64,000 nt of DNA, from the IMG/VR virus record IMGVR_UViG_3300013132_000047, positions 4,181 through 68,180 of that record. One strand, given 5' to 3'. The stretch's first letter is position 1; every line of letters begins with the position of its first letter. The position numbers and the translations under genes are program-made. The stretch is from a virus. The notes below the pieces were generated by a model. The model worked only from the letters and a program-made list of their open reading frames with translations, ran no database searches and was not told where the DNA came from. Positions 26,160 to 33,806 of this stretch are shown here, piece by piece.

Positions 26160-26660
26160 AATTTTTACTCCTTGAGTGTAGGGTTAAAATTTGTGTAGTT
26201 ACATGGTATTCTCCAAGTATTAAGCCAGCAGCGATTGTGGATCGAGCAGCATGTCTAGGCAGAGTCTTGAACAGTACCAGTCAAGGCCTACAGAGTAGGT
26301 CCCTGCTGGCAGATTGAATGATTCGTTTCGCGGGAAACTGACAGTGCTTCCACACGCTCTGCACTTAATAGTGATTTCACGTGGGTTCACGAATCTCCTT
26401 CTAAATCAATTCTCATTGTGTGACCAGTTGAGTAGTTGATGGTCGCGCCAATGATCAATGGGTTGTGAAAGATCTTACGCAACAATGCTTCAGAAGGTAA
26501 ACAGTCTGCAAGATCTTTAGTTTTGATGGAGATCTTTTCATTTTCAGTGTTGGTTCGTGTGATGGTAAACTTGCGAAGTTTCATGTCCATACCAACTTTA
26601 CTAGGAAGATGAGAGCCGATGGAATGAAGAACAGGAATGCTACAATCAAGTCGGCAATCA

Positions 26661-26876
26661 TTAGAACAACTCGCTTTTATCGCCGAAAACAATGTTCCAA
26701 CAGGTTGGATGAAAACCAGTCTTGATGGTTTCACGTTGATCTTCATCGAGATCAGGGAAAGCGTCTTGAATGTATGCGCCGGCCTTCCATGACTTGAAGG
26801 CGGCTCCGTCTACAATCATTGTGGACGGAGTTTTGCAGTGCGGACACTTTGGTGTGGTAAAGAGTGTCTTTTCCAT
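26661..26876 (-). CDS. small zinc-binding phage protein
   Basis: CPHC...IQDAFP.L..DQRE.I.TG.H..CW; start MEKT after AAAGGA. Confidence 0.65.
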   Translation of the reverse strand: MEKTLFTTPKCPHCKTPSTMIVDGAAFKSWKAGAYIQDAFPDLDEDQRETIKTGFHPTCWNIVFGDKSELF

Positions 26877-27402
26877 TGGGGTATCCTTTCCTGGTGGTGT
26901 GGGGCCCCTACCCCACATTTTATTGAATCACGCTATAGATCAAAAGATTATAGCGAGAACAAAAATACCAAAGCCGATAGCGGCAATAAGGTATTGCTTC
27001 CAGAACATGTTGTAGTACTTACGCTTGTATGATTGTACGAAGTGGTTTCGCGCAAACATGATTATCCTTTCTGTGTTTGAACATTTCGCGCCAAATAACA
27101 ATCTACTATTGTCTGTAGAGAGATAATAATAGAGAGAGGAATAAATACTTTATCCTCTTTGCTCAGATCCTTTTGAGTGTCTTTGTATAGGGTCCACCCA
27201 AAATTGTTCTGATATCTATCATTATCTTAACGTTAGTTGGCATGTTTATTCAGGTGTGTTGTATATATTCTCTCTCTCTGGAATATATATAGTTTTGATG
27301 TTGGGCGGGCCCCCAGCCACGTTGGCGGGGGATGTGACTGGGGACCCTGCCCTAGCATAGGAGCATGGCCGGCGGATGGCCATATTGCTCAACTATGCTA
27401 AG

Positions 27403-27475
27403 TGCACTAGGTAGGGATTGAACCTACGACCAAGCGATTATGAGTCGCCCGCTCTGACCACTGAGCTACTAGTGC
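27403..27475 (-). tRNA. tRNA-Ile2(CAU)
   Basis: GGCGACTCATAATCGCTTGGTC anticodon/variable region closely resembles ileX-type tRNAs. Confidence 0.85.
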
Positions 27476-27649
27476 TTGGTGAGGGTAAGTGGCGTCCCAA
27501 CTTACCCCCCAGATCATATGATCGGTATGATCCAGTTGCATGACTAATAGGGCTAGATGTTGGCCGGCATGCCAGCGACCAACATCGTTTAGAAGTCTTG
27601 AGGATCCATCTCTTACACGCCTTCGGTAAGAGCAAGAACTTCAACGCCA

Positions 27650-28160
27650 CCCCCCTAGCCCCCCGCTTCGCGGGGGGTAGGAGACGCTCTAGGCTTAAGG
27701 CGGTTTATACTGGCCTAGTCCAGTTGAAGAATCTTTTCGATGCTTTCAGGTGTGTAGCCTGCGGCATTCAACCTTTCATCGAGTTTGTCTTCGTAAGTCT
27801 TGACAAGATCCTCTGATGCTTCGAGGATTGTTTCTCCGTAAAGAACGGCAGTGTTTTCAACTACTGCTTTGATGTGGGCGTTGAGGCGTCGCACACATTC
27901 GATCATCAGAAGATGATCTGTTGTGTCGATTGCGATTTCTACAATGCCATTCATTTCATGAAAGCGTGCTGCGGTTGCCTTAGTCAAGGCGTACTTTGCT
28001 GTTTCCAATGTGGTCATTGGTCCCTCCCTGCGGTCGGTGTTTTTGCCCCCCCCCTGTATCCCCCCCCGCTTTCGCGGGGGGAGATCAGTCACCAGGGAGG
28101 ATGAACGATGTTCATCTCCTGTTGTTTTTTCTACCCCCCCAGCCCCCCGCTTCGCGGGGG
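27650..28160. repeat. three C-run + CCCCCGC-TT(T)C-GCGGGGG hairpin repeats
   Basis: Copies at about 27650-27677, 28046-28081 and 28134-28160. Confidence 0.8.
27715..28017 (-). CDS. hypothetical protein flanked by the GC-hairpin repeats
   Basis: GGGAGG SD then ATG 28017 (MTTLETAK). Confidence 0.6.
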   Translation of the reverse strand: MTTLETAKYALTKATAARFHEMNGIVEIAIDTTDHLLMIECVRRLNAHIKAVVENTAVLYGETILEASEDLVKTYEDKLDERLNAAGYTPESIEKILQLD

Positions 28161-28210
28161 TGGTATGAACAACAAATCTATGTTATTCACAGAGGAGTAG
28201 TATATACAAC

Positions 28211-28618
28211 TCAGGAGTTGAAGATTGGCAGTCCTTCCATCATCTTCTTCATTCGTGATGCGGCGATCGCATCCTGAGTGAATCCGATGGTGGACAGCAG
28301 AAGCAACATGGCGGGGAAGATAGCAACCCACCATGCTGAGATGAACGACATCGAGAACACGGCCATGAGACCGGCTGCGATGACGTACTGGGCGAGCAGC
28401 GCTGCAGAGATGATAAGCGCTGCGACGGTGATGACCTTGCCGGCGTGAACCATCTTGTGTCCACGGTTGGCGACGAAACGTCGGGTCTTACGTCCGGCGT
28501 TCTTGGTCACGTTCCAGGCAGCACGAAATGCTTCTCGTGCTTGGGACTGTTTGTCTGGAGCGATTTGCTCCAGTTCGATTTCGTGGATTGAATCGACGGG
28601 AATAGCCACTTTATACAA
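28211..28618 (-). CDS. membrane protein
   Basis: Two C-terminal hydrophobic segments; GGAGG SD. Confidence 0.6.
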   Translation of the reverse strand: MYKVAIPVDSIHEIELEQIAPDKQSQAREAFRAAWNVTKNAGRKTRRFVANRGHKMVHAGKVITVAALIISAALLAQYVIAAGLMAVFSMSFISAWWVAIFPAMLLLLSTIGFTQDAIAASRMKKMMEGLPIFNS

Positions 28619-29060
28619 CCTCCGGAGTTGGACGGTGGATTTTGCTTTTTACTGCTTCGAAGGTGCGGATGCACCAACGAAGAATGCGGAATGGCAATGT
28701 CAAGATCATGGCAATGCCAACCACGATTTTTGCGAGATCAGACATGGTCTGGTGGATTTGCTCGCGGTTTCTGTCATATGTTGCTTTGGCAGCCTTAGCC
28801 TTGGGTTTGCCGTTTCGTTCCCACGAATCGACTACACCATACATTGGCTGGCTGAGCACAGTTGACAAGATACCCGCAGAAGCAACAACCATGCCTGCTG
28901 CTGGGAACAACATCATGGCACCAATCGAGATGAGAATCGAGATGCCAAGATTCACCAAGACAAATCGCTTGGAGATTTCGGTGAGTCCAAGAGCCTTCAC
29001 GATCTTGAACTCAAAGTACAACTGACCTACGGTCAGGAGTACTAGGATGGTTAGGAACAT
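28611..29060 (-). CDS. membrane protein
   Basis: Several TM segments; AAGGAGG SD. Confidence 0.65.
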   Translation of the reverse strand: MFLTILVLLTVGQLYFEFKIVKALGLTEISKRFVLVNLGISILISIGAMMLFPAAGMVVASAGILSTVLSQPMYGVVDSWERNGKPKAKAAKATYDRNREQIHQTMSDLAKIVVGIAMILTLPFRILRWCIRTFEAVKSKIHRPTPEVV

Positions 29061-30070
29061 GTGTCCTCCTTAGTCATGGGGTTTCTCCCCCTCTTTTTTA
29101 CTTCACGTCGCGCATTATCAAATCATAATGATATGCGCAATAGGACGTTTCTGTACCCATGTTGAACGGTTTGCATTCGCAGGGTTCACTCAACTGGAAC
29201 GCGGACTTTTTAGAAGCAGTCCGCAGTTCCAGTTCCAGGAGTGTACACTCGGCACATTGACAGTCCGTCATTTTCATGACTTCTTTTTAGTGGCACGATG
29301 AATGACATAGGTCAACAACAACTTTGTCGCAATGAAGCCAATCAAAGCAATGAACGCGACATGTCGCATTTCGTCGATTTGATTTTGGCGGTACTGAGGA
29401 AGACTGCTCGGGTATTCCTTGAGTTCCATGACGACTCCTTTAGAAGCAAGAGTAGGATTCAAGCCACTCAAGAGCGGCATAATGATTAGGGAACTGCTCG
29501 ACGAGAGTAGGTGACTGGGCCGCATGAAACACAATCACAGCAATCCAATCATCATGATGGCGAAACATGTAACCATCACTTTCACCAAGAGACGCACTGA
29601 ACACTTTGTGTTCCTTCATCTGGAAATCAAGCATCATTGGACTCCTCCTTGGGACAGAAATCCGGCAACACATAAGTGCTGTCTGGAATGGTGTCATCCA
29701 ACATGTCAGCCAACCACTGATTCCAAGACTTGGAACACATGTACAACATTTTACCACCATGCAAGATGGGGTAGATCTTGTCCTCATCAACAGCAAAGTG
29801 GCAGACACTACAGTTTTGCTTCATGTTCTGCTTCACGAGATGATTCCTCCCAGGTGTGTTTGATGTAACGCGCGAAATCAGAAGATTTACGCACTACTTG
29901 TGATCCGGTTTCTGCGGCGATCTCAATAGCCTTGATAACAAAGCCGACAATGACCGCAAAGATAAAGAACAACAATGCTAACGCAGTCACTAAGGACCTC
30001 CGTGTGAGAGAAAGAAAGTTTTCCCGATAAATCGGGGGCAGGCACAAACTTCGTACCCACCCCCGACTTA

Positions 30071-30433
30071 TCACAGGTCGAACAGGGGATCCTGCTCGAT
30101 CTTGTCCGACTTGCTGCGCTGAGCGAGGGGCTTCCACACTCCCGACGCACGGATGACATGACGAGTGCGCTTGGCACCGGTCTCCTTGTCGGTCCACGAC
30201 TGCTGGACGAGACGACCCGACACCGAGATGAACGAGCCCTTCTTGAGCGACTCGGCCACGATGGTAGCCAGATCATCCCAGACCTGGACGGTGACCCAGG
30301 TGGTGTTACCCTGGGAACCGTCACGCAGGCGTGGGGTGTTCGCGAGGCTGAACGAACAGACAGGCCCGTTCTCGGTGATCCGCAGTTCGGGGTCAGCCCC
30401 GAGGTTGCCGGTGATCTCGATGGAGTTCATCAC
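30071..30433 (-). CDS. ssb: single-stranded DNA-binding protein
   Basis: ITGNLGADPELR, FSLA, W...A..L.KGS...V.GRL.Q.SW.DKETG.KR. Confidence 0.93.
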   Translation of the reverse strand: MMNSIEITGNLGADPELRITENGPVCSFSLANTPRLRDGSQGNTTWVTVQVWDDLATIVAESLKKGSFISVSGRLVQQSWTDKETGAKRTRHVIRASGVWKPLAQRSKSDKIEQDPLFDL

Positions 30434-30621
30434 TCACCGTCCTTGTCGGCCGAGATCTCAGGGATCTTGTTGGCCTGATCCGCCACGAACTTCGTCGAGA
30501 CCTTGGTGGCCTTGACCGTGGTGTTGACCGCCTTGACCGTGGTGGTCTTGGCGATACTGGTGGCGTCGGCCGCGAACTTACGACCGACCTTGACACTGAC
30601 GGACAACTTGTCCTTCAGCAT
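30430..30621 (-). CDS. small Lys/Thr-rich protein
   Basis: GGAGGTGA SD then ATG 30621. Confidence 0.55.
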   Translation of the reverse strand: MLKDKLSVSVKVGRKFAADATSIAKTTTVKAVNTTVKATKVSTKFVADQANKIPEISADKDGE

Positions 30622-30829
30622 AATGATCACCTCCAATAGGTGAAGTGTTGGTGGGAAAGCCTTTTGCTTCCCCTTCTTTAGTACGCACATGACGTACTGG
30701 AGGACACACCGACTATCCGCAGGGGGATACAAATAATTGATGTGCCCACCAGTACGGGCCGACTTTAGAAGCCGACCAGTACCGGGGAGGATGAATTTTT
30801 TGGTGTGAGAGAAACAGGAAACAGAAGAG

Positions 30830-30865
30830 AAATATGGGAGGCTGGGACATTCCCAACCCCCCATT
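30830..30865 (-). terminator. intrinsic terminator
   Basis: GGGGGGTTGGGA-ATG-TCCCAGCCTCCC followed by ATATTTCTCTT. Confidence 0.6.
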
Positions 30866-30868
30866 TTC

Positions 30869-31267
30869 TCAGTACTTCGGAGGACGCGACCACTCCACCT
30901 TGGATGGCTCCAGGGTGATGGTACGACCGTTGCGCAACTTGAACGCGACACCGTCATGGGAGACGATGTGAGGCGTGTAGAGATGACCCCTGTAGTACAG
31001 CAGAGGCTCGTCATCCTGGTCATGATCGGCGCAGACGAACCGCTTGCCCTGACCTTTGGGCTGGAACTCGAAGTTCCGGCATTTGGTGCTGGCACACCAG
31101 ACCTTCAGCATGCCGGCCGGCGTAGCGATCACCTCGGACACCACTCGCGGTTGGACAACCGGAGCAGGAATTGTGGGCTTGGAAGGAGCGACCAAACGAT
31201 TGGCCGCAACCAACATGCCCTTGCTGATCAACTCAGCACGGTACTCCTCGATGGACTTACCCATCAC
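30869..31267 (-). CDS. hypothetical protein (Cys/His)
   Basis: GGGAGG SD; 132 aa. Confidence 0.6.
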   Translation of the reverse strand: MMGKSIEEYRAELISKGMLVAANRLVAPSKPTIPAPVVQPRVVSEVIATPAGMLKVWCASTKCRNFEFQPKGQGKRFVCADHDQDDEPLLYYRGHLYTPHIVSHDGVAFKLRNGRTITLEPSKVEWSRPPKY

Positions 31268-31645
31268 ACAACCTCCCTGGGTCGTGGGGCTCCGACCATC
31301 GGAACCCCCTCCTTTACTGCTGTACTACACGGGATCCGAATGATCAGTCCCGCTTGGCCGGCACAAACCAACCGTCCAACTGACGACGCTCGTTTGCGTC
31401 GACCCACTCCTCGTACATTTTCACGAGGATCGACTGCGCTGCGCTGTTGCGACAGCGGCACGGCTGACTATCGTGGTGGCAGTAGTCAGCCGGAAGCCCG
31501 CAACCACCACACCAGTGGTCAACCGGAAGCCGGCAACGGACACAATAATACGTGCCGTCAACACCGACCTCAACCGGGAACTGATGATTGCCCACAACAA
31601 CCTCCCCTGTCAAGAGGGTCCCGACCATCGGAACCCCCACCTTTA
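31268..31645 (-). repeat. duplicated leader: TAAAGG + hairpin (CCGA-TGG-TCGG) + GGAGGTTGT SD
   Basis: Copies at about 31268-31316 and 31597-31645. Confidence 0.7.
31344..31594 (-). CDS. small Cys-rich protein
   Basis: GTG start after GGGGAGG; CVRC, CGGC and CHH motifs. Confidence 0.5.
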
Positions 31646-31766
31646 GAAGCCCAACACACGACGACCATTGAGTCGCCGGCCTGTGAACTCGGAAGCCCGC
31701 AGTAGGCCCCGCCAGGAAGCGGCCGCGCCGAATCAGCCGCGAAAGCTGGGCTTGGGCAGGCCGCCT

Positions 31767-32186
31767 TTAGAAGTGGTGAAGGTCGCACCGGCATCGATCG
31801 CCGTAATGATCACGACGCTCCTCCAACTTGAGTTGCCAGTAACGAGTGATCTCATCAGGCGTCATACCGGACTCCACCTGGCCTGAGATCTCTGCCAGGA
31901 TCTTGGCGTGGCATGTTCCGGTGCCATCCGGGTTGACACACCAGCACTTGAGTGTCTTGCCCACCAGCGCGCCGGCAAACAATTGTCGACGCAAACTCTC
32001 GGCACGGTCGTCTACACCGTTGATCAACCAATCGGTGTAGTGGAAGACTGCCTCCTTGGCTGAGGGAAGGTTCTTGTGGACACCTTTCCCCCAGCTCAAG
32101 TTGGACCAGTCGTTACCCCATGGGCCACCTCGGCCCACGTTGACCCCGTTCGTGGGGTTACTGTGGTGCATGTTGACAACTCTCAT
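31767..32186 (-). CDS. DUF4326 family protein
   Basis: RVVN......VGRGGPWGN...L.GKTL.CWC.......CHA.IL. Confidence 0.85.
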   Translation of the reverse strand: MRVVNMHHSNPTNGVNVGRGGPWGNDWSNLSWGKGVHKNLPSAKEAVFHYTDWLINGVDDRAESLRRQLFAGALVGKTLKCWCVNPDGTGTCHAKILAEISGQVESGMTPDEITRYWQLKLEERRDHYGDRCRCDLHHF

Positions 32187-32743
32187 GGGTTTGCCTCCTT
32201 GACGGCAGTGAATCCGGACATGCCCTTCTTGGACACAGTCCAGAGGTTGATTGCCCAGCGATCAGCACTTGCATGCTTGACGCTGTGCGGGTTCTTGCAG
32301 TTGAAGAAGAACACCTCACCACCAGTCAGGTGGTAGGTTTCTGTCGGGGCAGATTCATCCTGATTCCGAATCCATCGGAAACCCGGATGGCACCGCTGGT
32401 ACTCCCACGTGCACTCACCCAGGTTGATGCCCATGGCCATTGCATTGGAGTACCCGGCGTCACGGTGGGGAAGGATATGTCCCCCCTTGGACACCAGGCC
32501 CAAATCTGGCGTGAACCCGTGCCGTGCAGACACCCTGGTCAGGTATGACCAAAGCCTCGGGTCGCGAACACCCGGCTGCCAGGCGTAGGACCCGAGCGGT
32601 GCTGCGTATTGCAGCCATGAACGCATGCGTCCAACGGCGTACCTCGACACGTCTGGTGTCAAAGTTGGTTCAATCACCTCGTCCAGGTGATTCGTGATGG
32701 TCTTGATGGTCTCTTGCGAGATCATCTGTACAATCTTGAACAT
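32183..32743 (-). CDS. 2OG-Fe(II) oxygenase (AlkB-like)
   Basis: ILPHRD...INLG...PHSV......RWAINLW (HxD...H...R). Confidence 0.75.
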   Translation of the reverse strand: MFKIVQMISQETIKTITNHLDEVIEPTLTPDVSRYAVGRMRSWLQYAAPLGSYAWQPGVRDPRLWSYLTRVSARHGFTPDLGLVSKGGHILPHRDAGYSNAMAMGINLGECTWEYQRCHPGFRWIRNQDESAPTETYHLTGGEVFFFNCKNPHSVKHASADRWAINLWTVSKKGMSGFTAVKEANP

Positions 32744-32744
32744 G

Positions 32745-33269
32745 TTACGACTCCTTCTTGTTGTTGAGGATCTTGTAGGGCTTGCCGGAATCCTGCACCA
32801 GCTTGATGCAGTTGCGGGTTCCGGGTGAATCTGACTGCCAGATCAGGAATGCATTGGCCGTGAAGACCATGTACTCATTCCTGATGAAGTTGACATGCTT
32901 ACCGTCTCGGTAAAGACCCTGCATGCCGGGTGTGACCTTGTCAACGTACGTGACGTACTTGGCTGCCTTGACCATCTCGTTAAATCTGGCGAGACGGTTC
33001 TGTCCGGTAGCAGACTTCTGGCCCCAGTAGTATGAGCCGTAGCTCTTACTGGGAATTGCACAGTATAGGGGGATCTCAAGATCCAGTGCAACTGTTGCCA
33101 GAAGATTGTCGAAACCTTCTGCCATGCCCGACATGATGAGCAGGTCTTCACCATAACTACCGCGAAGACGGATCAGCTCTTCAGCGACAATCGAATATGC
33201 CGCCTTCTTGTCATCGACGCTTGCGGTTTGCAAGGATCGAGGACCGGTTCCTGCTACAATGAAACTCAT
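32745..33269 (-). CDS. SLOG/YspA (DUF1273-like) nucleotide-binding protein
   Basis: AGTGPR, SGMAEGFD, RNEYMV, SPGTRNCI; AAGGAGG SD before ATG 33269. Confidence 0.8.
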   Translation of the reverse strand: MSFIVAGTGPRSLQTASVDDKKAAYSIVAEELIRLRGSYGEDLLIMSGMAEGFDNLLATVALDLEIPLYCAIPSKSYGSYYWGQKSATGQNRLARFNEMVKAAKYVTYVDKVTPGMQGLYRDGKHVNFIRNEYMVFTANAFLIWQSDSPGTRNCIKLVQDSGKPYKILNNKKES

Positions 33270-33745
33270 TGTTCCTCCTTGGTTGCACATTCGCACTCCG
33301 AAGTGAATCCGGAGTACCTCTTGAAGTCCTGAGCTGTGCGCTCTGAACCACACTTTCTACACTTCAGTGAAAACTTCTCGCGAAACGCAGACTCGTAGAT
33401 CTCATCTGCGTAAGTGAGATTGATTCCGCCCTCACTACCGAAGTTCACGTAGGGGTAGTACCGCACCGCTCGCATCATTATAGCGAACGAGTAAAGCTCG
33501 TACAATCCTTCGCGAACCTTGAAGTAATCACTTGAATAGTGAACACTCCACTCGAAGCTTTCGCAAGCCTCAGCTCCCTTCCCATTCAGAAGAAAGTAGT
33601 CGTCCCCGAACGTGTAGTCCAGGAGATTTGCGTCTTCCCTCCCCAGTGGGGAAGAAAAGATGGTCTTGACGTCACTCATGAGGAGATTGAAAGCAACCTG
33701 CTCATTGGCGACGGTGCCTCTGCTGTAGTGGGTATGAACGCCCAT
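33266..33745 (-). CDS. hypothetical protein with C-terminal zinc ribbon
   Basis: AGGAGG SD; CRKC...CEC. Confidence 0.6.
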   Translation of the reverse strand: MGVHTHYSRGTVANEQVAFNLLMSDVKTIFSSPLGREDANLLDYTFGDDYFLLNGKGAEACESFEWSVHYSSDYFKVREGLYELYSFAIMMRAVRYYPYVNFGSEGGINLTYADEIYESAFREKFSLKCRKCGSERTAQDFKRYSGFTSECECATKEEQ

Positions 33746-33806
33746 TGGGCCTCCTAGGATAGTTGGGTTGGGGTTGGGCAGTTTAGTGACATGCCCAGGT
33801 CAGGTA

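Noticed and set aside
27588-31772. Recurrent CTTCTAAA (minus strand) at about 27590, 29210, 29440, 30765, 31645 and 31768 as a possible phage-RNAP promoter
   Set aside because: It is only 8 nt, two copies are simply Phe-stop (TTC TAA) gene ends, one lies inside a probable small Cys-rich ORF, and the flanks do not align; enrichment cannot be shown without computation.
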